Position numbers and translations under genes: made by a program
Part shown: positions 49,319 to 61,130 of the stretch, in pieces
Numbering within the stretch: position 1 is the stretch's first letter
Layout of the letters: every line of letters begins with the position of its first letter
The notes under the pieces: model-generated
What the model saw: only the letters and a program-made list of their open reading frames with translations
What the model was told of the DNA's origin: nothing
Databases searched by the model: none
DNA from: Eledone cirrhosa
Taxonomy: Eukaryota
Assembly (NCBI GenBank): GCA_964016885.1
Contig: OZ024747.1
Location: forward strand, 77,996,001 to 78,060,000
Length of the DNA stretch: 64,000 nucleotides
Reading direction: 5' to 3'

Positions 49319-49905
49319 TCTGGGAATTTGAACCCAGAGCACAAAAATAACTAAACTAAACACACCCATCCTTAGCACTGCAGTATCGCTTGTTATCATT
49401 TCATTTCTCTTCATAAAAACGAATGATAACATTAATCATAATGATAATAGTTATTTTCCTAATTTAAATATCTAATACGTTTAAAATTTCTCCACAAAAT
49501 ATTTTCCTTGATATGTTATCTACCTACCGCATTTCTATGTTTATATATATATTTTCTTTATTCACTTTAATCTCAAATGTGTATTTACTGAGGTCTTTTT
49601 TTGCTTTTAGATTATTTCGTCTTTTCATATATCATCTTTCTGCTCTGGTTAACAAACGTGAAGTTGCAGACGATCAAGTTTTTTTTTTTCTTTTTCTTTT
49701 TTTTATTTTCTTATAGTTTAAGTAGACAGTGATAATATCAAGATCATGGCAACATCTGGTGAACGGCAGTTAGAAATTGAATGTGATAACCTTTGTGCCC
49801 GAACTTTGAATGGTAAACATATTCCATTTTAGAGAAACGGCTGGTCTTAACGTTGTGCACATTTCTTTCCGGTTTCTAAACCTCTCTCTCTCTCTCCACA
49901 ACCTC

Positions 49906-50005
<100 letters not shown>

Positions 50006-51320
50006 CATACCTATATATAATATATAAAGAAATTGCTTCTACAGGACTAGAACTGTTTCACACTTACACATACACGTATATATATATGTTTGTGTGTGTA
50101 ATTTGATCAACCCCAGACCGATAAAAGGTAAAGTTGACCTTGGCGGGATTTGAAAGTAAAAGGCCGGAACTAAATACCGCTAGGAATTTTTGTTCGATGT
50201 TTCAACACCGCCAACAACAACAACAACAACAGTTAAATTAGGTATAGTTTGTACTGATATGCCAGATGATCAATTTCAGACATTCAAGTCACAGCTGCAA
50301 CATATTAATATTGCCACCTTTTTCCTTCTCCCAGTCAAGATAAATCTACTCTCTCCTCATCTTTGGGTTTTTGTGACTATTTCTACTACTGTTGGTGTTG
50401 GTGTTGTTGTTATTGTTGTAGTTGGGGTTGTGATGGTGGTGGTGGTTGTATCTAAACTTCAGGATAAATATTTAGACGATAATTTCCTCAATGTTAGATA
50501 AATAAAGTATTTCCTTCACAAACATTATTTATGTGTTCTATAATCTGTCCTACTTCTAGCTTTAAAACTAACAGATTCAAAATGTTTCATAAACTAAATT
50601 ATATGAAGTCCTTATGCAATTTTATGATTGTGTAACTTAACTTCTATATATCTTAGAATTAATACGTAAAAGGATAAAAGAGAGAAAATATTAGATTTTT
50701 TAAACAAATTTACTCTTGGGATTCAGAATTTTCAATATGTACACCATATGTATGTACATAAGCTGTGGTGTGATTCTCAAGTTCTAGGAATACGCTTTAC
50801 TGTCGATTTTTGTTTTAGCTTGTTAGCTGCACATAATATCTTGTTCAAAACACTTATGTGATTACTCTTCAGAGGTTAAGGAACAAAATGGCGATGGTGG
50901 TTGCGGTGTTGCTGGTAGTGGTAGTGTTGTTGGTAGTGGTAGTGTTGTTGGTAGTGGAGGTGTTGTTGGTAGTGACGGTGTTGTTGATAGTGGTGGTGTT
51001 GTTCGTAGTGGTGGTGGTGTTTGTAGTGGTAGTGTTGTTGGCAGTGACGGTGTTGTTGGACTGCAGTCACAGTCTCCAATATCCCAACTATGTCTTGGTA
51101 ATATGTAGATTATATTTCAATATATACGCCTTGAATTGTTTTTATTCAGTTAATCTAAATGTTGCTTTGATACATATCGTTCTAAACGTAGTTTAGAACG
51201 ATATGTATCAAAGCATTCTTGCTTTAAGAGGTTTTACTGACGGTGTAATTTGATATATATATATATATATATGCGGTGCCCCAGCATGGCCTCAGCCGGA
51301 TGGCTGAAACAGGTAAAAGA

Positions 51321-51382
<62 letters not shown>

Positions 51383-51490
51383 TTACACACGAACTCCTGA
51401 CCAATAATGTTTGGTATTAATGGGTTAAAGACATCTGTCAAATCAATTACTGGTAAAGGTGGCGTGTATCTATATCTATATATCTATCTA

Positions 51491-51538
<48 letters not shown>

Positions 51539-51797
51539 TAAATATAAATATAAATATAAATATTAATATAGATTCAGCGAGAATCGCATTTCGGCGGGTA
51601 GAAAAGACGAAACGAAACGCAAAAATCAGATATGATACTGGCAAGCGCTCGATTGTTAAAAAATTAGAGCTAAACTATATGTTAAGAGGCCATACAAAAC
51701 TGAAATAGTGGTCAAGAAACCGTCAACCACCTAAGCCAAAAAGCAAATCAAGCTAAACAGGTCAAAACAAAATAAAATAAATGATAAAGAAATATAT

Positions 51798-51830
<33 letters not shown>

Positions 51831-51840
51831 GTGTGTGTGT

Positions 51841-51898
<58 letters not shown>

Positions 51899-52028
51899 AA
51901 CCACAGACCCTCCATCTCAACTGTACTTTTGAAAAGCAGAACTGCGAAACCGGTAAAGGAACCAAATAAATATATATATTTTTTTTTTAAATAAGACTCC
52001 AGTTGCATTTTTGATTTCATCTTTTTTT

Positions 52029-52116
<88 letters not shown>

Positions 52117-54000
52117 ACATCAACAGCACCACAAAACTTTGTTTTGCAAATTTTGAAAGTAGGTTTATGAGTATGAATTTTCACAATATTTTCGTAGTTG
52201 TCTCTGTGGCCTAGCGGTAGGTACTGGGGATCCTGGTCTTGGGTTCAATCCTGGTCAAGAGGTGCATGTAACCTTTCTTTCAGTTTTTATTTTACAACCA
52301 ATAGAAAAAAAAATGAAACGGAAGCCTTATACCGACCAGGATCGAACTTCAAACCAGGATCACCACCGTCTATGATTCCTCCAGCTAGGCCACCGAGACA
52401 ACTACAGCAGTGTAATGAAAATTGATAATTATAAACCTACTTTCAAAATCAACGCTAAAAATATGTTCGTAGCTTTCCTAGAGCTATTAGTAACATTTAG
52501 GGTCGACTTCTGGTCATTATTGAAAGTCTCTGGATTTTTCAAAATACATATATTTTTTATTGAAGAAGGTGAGATATTTTTCTGCAAAAATTTGATTGCG
52601 CTGTTTTGTTTCCACTTATGTATTTTTCGAAAATGTTATTTATTCATTATAAAAATTAAATGATAGCATTCTATATGTAGGTGGGCCCCCCTTCATCTCC
52701 TGGCAACCAATATTGTAATATATATGCGTCGAAGTCTCAAAGACTTAGAGGAGTGTGAGACGGTCTGTCAAAGTCCAAAATGGGAAGTAGTTGACAATAT
52801 TTGTGGATTTAATCGCCGAAAGAAATGTTGAAAAAAAAAACTACATTTATGGATGAAAGATTTTGGATTTATTGCTAAAAGCAGCAAAGGTGACTTTCAT
52901 ACATTTTGTAACTTATGCCGCTATGGCGATGTTATTAACGGGATAATTTAGATATCAAGTTGAACAACACGCTGCCACAGAAAAACATAAATTTAGCACT
53001 CGTGGTGCTGGTATTTCATCAATGTTGATAGTTTCCTGGCGGCCGGTCACTTCAAGATGACAAAATAGTAACTGTAGAATTGTATAAATTGTATCATACT
53101 GTGAAACATCGACAGTCATATAGATTTATTGGAGTAAAGGTTGACAAAGAAATATACGGTGACTTATTGATCATGAAAGGTGTAACATGTGGGAAAAAAA
53201 ACCAAAGAAAAGCTCTGTTAAAATATTCTGGCACCGTATTCTGTAGAAACACGCATGAAGTACATCATGGTTTGCCATTTTCATTGACAACTAATACGAC
53301 AATGGCGTAACGATGTGTTTCCTAATACTTCTAAGATCGTTTTAATTGGAAGATTGTCTTACTTGACCTTTACAGTGATAACAATGAATCATAAGAAGCC
53401 GCCACATAGATATCTGGACTAGAGATGTCAGGTCTCGATCTGAATATAATGTCTACATAGATTGCTGGCAATGTAGCTATGTAGTCACGTCTACATATAT
53501 ACTGGCAATGTAGCTAGCTAGACTAGACAATGTCTACATATATTACTGGTAATCTAGCTATCTGGCAATGTAGCTATCTGGCAATGTAGCTATCTAAACT
53601 AGACATGTCAGGTCAGGATCTGACTACAGTGTCTACATACATAGCAGATAATGTAAGTGTAAACTATGGAACACCCAACAACGTTTAGAACAAACTAAAA
53701 AATGCAAAAAAAAAAATTAATAAAAGAAAATAAGACGTTATTGCTGCAAACTCTTGGTTCGACGAAGGCAAAAGCAACATGAGCCAAATACAGAACAGAT
53801 AAACCTCTCCAATTTCACCGTTATAAGACAACAACACGAGTAACTTAATAGAGTTAATACCATAAAACAAAGACAAATATTTCGTGCAATTCAACAAAAT
53901 TTGCTACAGGAAAACTGATGTTGGAAATATTGTACTGAAAATGTACAACTATCTCAGTATCTCAGCTAAAAGATGAACACAGTTAAAGGAACTTTGTGAA

Positions 54001-54297
54001 TTTGTGAAGGTTGATAGCTGATGTCTGCTGCGATATGTTGTGACTAGATAGCTTTACCTTTTGTGAAGGTTGATAGCTGATGTCTGCTGCGGTATGTTGT
54101 GACTAGATAGCTTTACCTTTTGTGAAGGTTGATAGCTGATGTCTGCTGCGGTATGTTGTGACTAGATAGCTTTACCTTTTGTGAAGGTTGATAGCTGATG
54201 TCTGCTGCGGTATGTTGTGACTAGATAGCTTTACCTTTTGTGAAGGTTGATAGCTGATGTCTGCTGCGGTATGTTGTGACTAGATAGCTTTCCCTTT
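54001..54297. repeat. 59-bp tandem repeat x5
   Basis: Unit TTGTGAAGGTTGATAGCTGATGTCTGCTGCGGTATGTTGTGACTAGATAGCTTTACCTT, near-identical copies. Confidence 0.95.
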
Positions 54298-54589
54298 TGC
54301 TAGCTAGAGACAAATTACTGGAGTGCTAGAAAATCCTAGGTGGTGTGTTCCAAAGCTTAGATGAGGTGGTGTGTTCCAAGTTATAATAGAAGTGCTATTA
54401 AGATAAAGAAAATAGATGTGAGTTATCAGTAGGAAGATTTGAATGTCAGTACTGAAGCATAACGTATGGCAAGAAAAAATATACGTGAACGCGTGTAAAG
54501 GTTTGTAACTGCAACTAGTCGTAAGTGGCATAGGTCATATCTTGAGGAGGGCCTCCTGTATGTCTATCTGTAATCAAGATGCATCCTTA

Positions 54590-54845
54590 AAGGTGTTGGA
54601 TTTGCGATTATAATGTCGTGGGTTCGATTCCTGGACTGGGTTGTGTGTTGTATTCTTGAGCAAAACACTTCATTTCACGTGGCTCCAGTATACTTGCTAA
54701 AAATGAGTACCAGTAATAGCTGGGGGTTTAACTCTGCGATGGACTGGCATCCTATCCAGTGGGGGGGTCTTGTACTCTCAGTCGCTTCACGCCATGACCC
54801 TGGGATAAGCATCAGTCTGATGAGCTTCTGGGTTGGAGACAGACT
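54590..54845 (+). mobile_element. tRNA-derived SINE (family B head, different GCGATGGACTGGCATCC..GGGATAAGC body)
   Basis: GGTTCGATTCC B box, TTGAGCAAAACACTT core, CTTTA tail repeats. Confidence 0.65.
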
Positions 54846-55744
54846 TTAGACTTTACCAAACTATTGACAGTTGATGTAAGCTTCAATTAAACATCATTAA
54901 TCTCTGAAGAGACATGGATAACACGCTATATATTGAATGTTTGTTCTAGAATAGTCACCATGCCTCTTCTGCGACATATATCATCTAGTATTTTCATTAA
55001 CATTGTTCCTTTCTATATTTTATGAACTCTCTGATGACATAAGAATGAAAGAAATTAATGTTTAATACCAAATTCCACGACTCAGTGCTCATATTATAAT
55101 ATATATACACATTTATATATTATAGTTTATAGACACATCTATATATTATAATATATAGATGTCTATATATTATAATATATAAATGTCTATATATTATAAT
55201 ATATAAAAATCTGTATATTAAAATATATAGACATCTATATATTATAATATATAGACACATGTATATAATAATCGAGCTTGAGAAAAGTTTTTCATAATTT
55301 TTATTTCGCTCATATTCGTTGAAAAAATCTTAGGAAAAAGAACAATTTCCCATGGCATGGCTGAGGAGAGTTCCTCTGTAAATTGACTAGATTTTGTCAC
55401 TTTACTACCTGTGTAAACTTAAGTAGTTAAGAATGTTTTGCTCAATACATTATCACAGACTTTACTATTTCTGTTACATGCAGTAGGCCTCCCTGGGTAT
55501 TTCTCTCGTAGTCATTCTACATAAATATAACACAGGCTATATCTCTCCTTGTTTCCTTGTGAAGTTCTTATTGATTATAACTATATTTCTCTAAATATAA
55601 ATTATGTGGACTTACTGATCGTTATTTTCGTTTAGTGAATGGTTAGTCGATAAACAGTTTGCAGATTAACGACTTAACCAATATGATTATTGCTGATTAA
55701 ATGCTTAATCGATAACAATATTCTTGTCATCTTTTACATTTTTC

Positions 55745-56280
55745 TCTTTCACTGCTGTCAGTTACCAAGTTGTGACACCACTGTATCTCTTTCACTGCTG
55801 TCAGCTACCTGGTCTAATTGCGGCACCACTGAGTTTCTTTCACTGCTGCCAGCTACCAAGTTGTGGTCTAGTTGTGACACCACTGAGTCTCTTCCACTTC
55901 TATCTGCTACCAAGTTGTGGTCTAGTTGTGGCACACTGTATCTCTTTCACTGCTGTCAGTTACCAAGTTGTGGCACCACTGTATCTCTTCCACTGCTGTC
56001 TGCTACCAAGTTGTGGTCTAGTACGGCACCAATGTCTCTTTCACTGCTGTCAGCTACCAAATTGTGGTCTAGTAGCGGCACCAGTGTCTCTTCCACTGCT
56101 GTCTGCTACCAAGTTGTGGTCTAGTTGTGATACCACTATATCTCTTTCACTGCTCTCAGCTACCAAGCTGTGGTCTAATTGCGGCACCACTGAGTCTTGT
56201 TCACTGCTCTCAGCTACCAAGTTGCGGCACCAGTGAGTCTCTTTCACTGCTGTGAGCTACCAGGTTGCGACACCACTGTG
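55745..56280. repeat. Degenerate minisatellite (TCACTGCTGTCAGCTACCAAGTTGTGG.. units, ~40-58 bp)
   Basis: About 10 visible units. Confidence 0.85.
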
Positions 56281-56299
56281 TCTTAAGTATGTATGTAAA

Positions 56300-56605
56300 G
56301 GATAAAGACCCCCTTCGGTCACAAATAACCATGGGATTTGTATCTAGAAAGTTCCCCAACGAGGCATAAGTCCAGGCAAGGTTGTCTATGGAAGACCAGC
56401 AGTCACCTATACATACCAGTCTCCCCTCTCCACGCCACCGATGTTGTCCAAGGGAAAGGCAATGACCAATACAGCTTGGCACCAGTGACGTCACAACTCA
56501 TTTCAACAGCTTAGTAAACTGGGACGTGAAATAAAGTGTCTTGCTCAAGGACACAATGCATCACCCGGTCCGATAATCGAACTCACCTCTTCCCGATTGC
56601 AGGCC
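56300..56605 (-). mobile_element. Family B SINE variant (same as 60530-60830)
   Basis: Reverse complement matches 60530-60830 (GCCTTCCCTTGGACAACATCG..GACCGAAAGGGGTCTTTA). Confidence 0.75.
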
Positions 56606-56766
56606 CGGTATAGTCGAAACTTTAAAATAAACTATTAATTATATTATTTTGACACTAACTGTTTTGAGTCCTTTGTTTAGCGCATATTTAGTGTACTTAA
56701 TTATACGAACCTATAAAACTGTCATTTATATATATATATATATATAAGTGTGTGTGTGTGTGTGTG

Positions 56767-56797
<31 letters not shown>

Positions 56798-57242
56798 CAA
56801 ATATGCCATCTCCAACATTTGTTTTCAATTAAGATTCATATGTGATGTATAAATTATATAAATTAAAAATCACCAATGTAAAGATTCTATGAATCAATTC
56901 AAAAGTTCGGTGCAGCTGGTATCACTGTAGGAAGTGTCAAGCTGTTGCCAAACATTGAATTTGGTAGGTAAAACACTACAGTACACAGACACTATCATTC
57001 ATCATTTCATTTCATTTTACGTCCGCTTTTCCCTGCTTGCAAGGGTGGGACGGGAACTGATTTTGGCTTGATTTCTACAGCTGGATGCCCTTCCTAACAC
57101 CAACCTCATTTACAGTGAGTGCTGGGTGCTTTTTTGCCGTGGCACCTCCACGACCACTTTGCAGTGGAATGATAGGGACCCCAGTCCCTATCATCTCATT
57201 TCTACAGCTGAGTAAACTGGAGCAATGTGAAATAAAGTGTCT

Positions 57243-57746
57243 TTACAGAGTGAACTGGCAGCATTTTATTGTGACACCAGCACTACCACTTTACAGGGTG
57301 GACTGGCAGCATTTTATTGTGACACCAGCACTACCACCTTACAGGGTGGACTGGCAGCATTTTATTGTGACACCAGCACTACCACTTTACAGGGTGAACT
57401 GGCAGCATTTTATTGTGACACCAGCACTACCATTTTCCAGGGTGGACTGGCAGCATTTTATTGTGACACCAGCACTACCACTTTCCAGGGTGGACTGGCA
57501 GCATTTTATTGTGACACCAGCACTACCACTTTCCAGGGTGGACTGGCAGCATTTTATTGTGACACCAGCACTACCACCTTACATGGTGGACTGGCAGCAT
57601 TTTATTGTGACACCAGCACTACCACTTTACAGGGTGGACTGGCAGCATTTTATTGTGACACCAGCACTACCACCTTACAGGGTGGACTGGCAGCATTTTA
57701 TTGTGACACCAGCACTACCACTTTCCAGGGTGGACTGGCAGCATTT
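57243..57746. repeat. 48-bp minisatellite, about 10.5 copies
   Basis: Unit TTACAGGGTGGACTGGCAGCATTTTATTGTGACACCAGCACTACCACT. Sits next to an RTE 3' remnant (56998-57170). Confidence 0.95.
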
Positions 57747-57849
57747 CTATCGTTAGGTCAGCTCCCTAAAACTCCATTATTGGTCTTCTTAGGTTTACCA
57801 CTTCCACGGGTTCCATCCAGTAAAATTTCTCTAAATTTCTTTATACAAT

Positions 57850-57978
57850 TATCTTCCATATGCATCACGTTCCTACCTGAACGGACTTCAAGTATCAACG
57901 TGATGCATGTGGAAGATAATTTTGCAAAATTTATTAGAATGCTTTTGAAGTGTGTATACATTTTGGGGGGACACCCTG
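57850..57978. mobile_element. Possible Tc1/mariner terminal remnant
   Basis: Minus-strand CAGGGTGTCCCCCCAAAATGTATACACACTT resembles mariner-type TIRs. No partner TIR seen. Confidence 0.4.
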
Positions 57979-57982
57979 CATA

Positions 57983-58032
<50 letters not shown>

Positions 58033-58157
58033 TAGAAGAGATATTTAATTTGTTGGAAATCCGACAAATATAAATATTTAGAGCTTCTCAACAAGTTTCC
58101 TGGAGTAAATATTCAATGATATTAAATAAATGGAAACTATATTTATAAAACCATACT

Positions 58158-58220
58158 TATTTTATTATATATATTTCAAGGGTACCAAAACACTTTGGTA
58201 TGCTTTCTTCAGATAAAACA
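58158..58220 (-). ncRNA. Minimal type I hammerhead ribozyme inside an inverted repeat (58118-58324)
   Basis: TGTTTTAT-CTGAAGA-AAGCATACCAAA-gtgt-TTTGGTACCCTT-GAAA-TATATA-TA-ATAAAATA. 8-bp helix I. Confidence 0.8.
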
Positions 58221-58327
58221 AACTTTGTATTTTATTGGAAGAAAGCGTACCAATGTGTACCCTTGAAATATATATAATAAAATAAATATGGTTTTATAAA
58301 TATAGTTTCCATTTATTTAATATCGTT

Positions 58328-59940
58328 CATCATCATCATCACCATCACCGTTTTACGTCCGTTCTTCCATGCTAGCATGGGTTAGACGGGTTGTCCTGTT
58401 GTGGGCAGTGTCTGGTTGGCTGACCATGCCTTGCTCATACAGGAACTGATTTTGGCTTGATTTCTACAGCTGCATGCCCTTCCTAACACCAACCTCATTT
58501 ACAGTGTGCTGGGTGCTTTTTTCCGTGGTGCCTAGACGTCCACTTTACAGTGTGGGCTGGGTGCTTTTTTGCCGTGGCTCCTCCACGACCACTTTGCAGT
58601 GGGGGTGGGGGGGGCATCTTGTCTATATGCTTCAGCTTGTACCCATGGGAGGTCGGGTACTCTGTATTACTGCGTGACGCCAGAGGTCACGGTCATGTGT
58701 CATCGCCTTTGAGAGGTGTAATTGGGTAAGGTCGGCTTTTATCACCTCATCCCAGGTCTTCTTGGGTCTCCCCACTCCGCGGTTTCCATTGACTTCTAGT
58801 GCTCTGCACCTTTTTATGCAGCTGTCATCCTTCATACGCATCACATGTCCATACCAATGCAACCGCCTCTCCTGCACACAGCATTTGATTCCTCTTATGC
58901 TCAGTCTCTCCTCAATTCATTTATGCTTTGCTGTTCGCGTATATTACTATTACACATCCATCGGAGCATGCAGGCTTCGTTTCTTTCTAATCTACGTAAG
59001 TTTTCCACCTTCAGTGCCCAGGTCTCACTACCATGTAACATTGCTGTTCGGATACACACATCATAAAGTCTGCCTTTCATTTTGAGGGAGAAGCCTTTTG
59101 CAGCTAGCAGTGGCAGTAGTTCCCTGAACTTCTTCCATCCCATTCTTACCCTAGTTATTGTACTTTCTGAACACCCACCCTGCTAATTCGGTCACCTAGG
59201 TAGCAGAAGCTGTCTACTGTTTCTACAGAGCCCTCCCAGAGATTGGTGGTACTTGAATCTTGTGGCTGTTTGCTGCTTGCTGTCCCAGCACAGCTGCTAC
59301 ATGTGAAGTCTACATTCTTAATTAAGCTTCCTGAGATCCCGCTACATCTCTTGTGTACCCATTGTTTGCATTTGGGGCAGAGAATGGAGTTCCTACCTAC
59401 ACCTTTCCTACATACTGAGCAAGGCCATTTCCCTGAGGGGATCTGGGTTCTGTTTTCTCGTCTATTTACAAGGACCTTAGTCTTTGTCATGTTGACTTTG
59501 AGACCCTTTCTTTCTAGTCCCTGCTTCCAAGTTTGGAATTTCTTCTCTAGTTCTACCATAGATTCAGCTATAAGTGTGAGGTCATCTGCATACAGGAGTT
59601 CCCATGGGCATCCGGTCTTAAACTCCTCCATTATTGACTGCAGGACTATGATGAACAGGAGAGGGCTAAGAACAGAGCCCTGATGGACACCAACCTGTAC
59701 GCTAAATTCCACGCTATAGTCATTGCTAATCCTAACTTTGCTGACTGCTCCCCAAAACATGGCTTGAACAGCTTTCACAAGCCATTCATCTACTCCTAGT
59801 TTTCTAAGAGCCCACCAGATTATAGCACATGGAACTCTGTCAAAGGCTTTCTCGAGATCGACGAATGCCAGGTAGAGTGGCTTACTTTTAGCTAGGTACT
59901 TTTCCTGTAACTGCCTCACAAGGAAGAGGGCATGGTGCCT
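58328..59940 (-). mobile_element. RTE (BovB-like) LINE, 5'-truncated, with Cys-rich insert in RT and (GAT)n tail
   Basis: FVDLEKAFDRV, GVHQGSVLSP, LLYADD, KWPCSVCRKGVGRNSILCPKCKQWVHKRC..CSSC, LHGSETW, RRLHWYGHV..GRPKKTW; frameshifted. (CAT)n at 58328-58349. Confidence 0.92.
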
Positions 59941-60182
59941 CATATATATATTTCCAAATTGAAGGATAAGTATTTTGAACTTTATTTTATCATGAGTTAA
60001 GGCTCTATTGATTTTTCCCTGGATTTCACTAAATTCTGTGGATGAATTTATATCTTGATTCTCTTTGAGATGAGTTTAAATTATTTTTCCCACATCTTAC
60101 GTTAACTATTTTTCCCATTTTGACGTTATAGTCACTTATATATTATGGAATGCTGTTCGCTGCAGTGTTTTCTATACCTTTC

Positions 60183-60223
<41 letters not shown>

Positions 60224-60234
60224 GAGAGAGAGAC

Positions 60235-60469
60235 CCATGGCTGAGTGGTTAGAGAATTGGATTCGCAATCATGAGGTCGATTCCTGGACCGTAGTATACA
60301 TTATGTCCTTGAGCAAGACACTTTATTTCGCGTTGCTCCTTCTGCCTGGATAGCATCAACAATTGGAAAGACCAACGGAAGCATTGTTTCCTCAGTCCGA
60401 TTTGACGAAAGTTGATCGACTGTCGATATATATATATATAACACATATATACAACATACATATACACAC

Positions 60470-60500
<31 letters not shown>

Positions 60501-60835
60501 TACAGATAGACATACATACATATTTATATGAAGGCTTAATGGTTAGAACATTGGGCTTGCAATGGGGAGGATGTGAGTTCGATTCTCGAACTGAGTGATG
60601 TGTTGTGTCCTTGAGCAAGACACCATATTTCACATTGCTCCAATTTACTTAACTCTAGAAATGAGTAGCGTCCTTTGCCTTCCCTTGGACAACATCGTTG
60701 GCGTGGCGAGGGGAGACTGGTATGTATGGGTGACGGCTGATCTTCTACAAACACCTTTATTTGGACTTGTGTCTTGGAGTGGAGCGTTCTAGGTACAATT
60801 CCCATGGTCATTTGTGACCGAAAGGGGTCTTTACT
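60235..60835 (+). mobile_element. Two family B SINEs (60235-60420, 60530-60835); another at 63660-63820
   Basis: tRNA-like heads and GTCCTTGAGCAAGACAC core. Confidence 0.8.
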
Positions 60836-60875
<40 letters not shown>

Positions 60876-61130
60876 GTATGTATGTACGTATGTACATATA
60901 CACAACCAGTAGATAACACCTCAACTTTAGGTAATAAAACCGTAGAAGGTGGATTAAGGTGGTTTAATCCACCTTATAGTAAGCATAAAGCTTCATATAT
61001 ACATAAATGTTTCTTTAGTATAATTGATACATTTTCTCCACAATCACATAAATACCAGAAACTGTTAAACAAAAATACTATCAAAATTTCTGTCTTAACT
61101 CCTAATTTAGCAGAATATTTAGTATGAAGT

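Noticed and set aside
54826-54840. CTGATGAG as a hammerhead core
   Set aside because: No helix II and GAAA follow; it is part of a SINE tail.
56884-56970. Possible exon FYESIQKFGAAGITVGSVKLLPNIEF before GTAGGT
   Set aside because: Poor acceptor, stops in the frame compatible with the 49717 candidate exon, and no recognisable homology.
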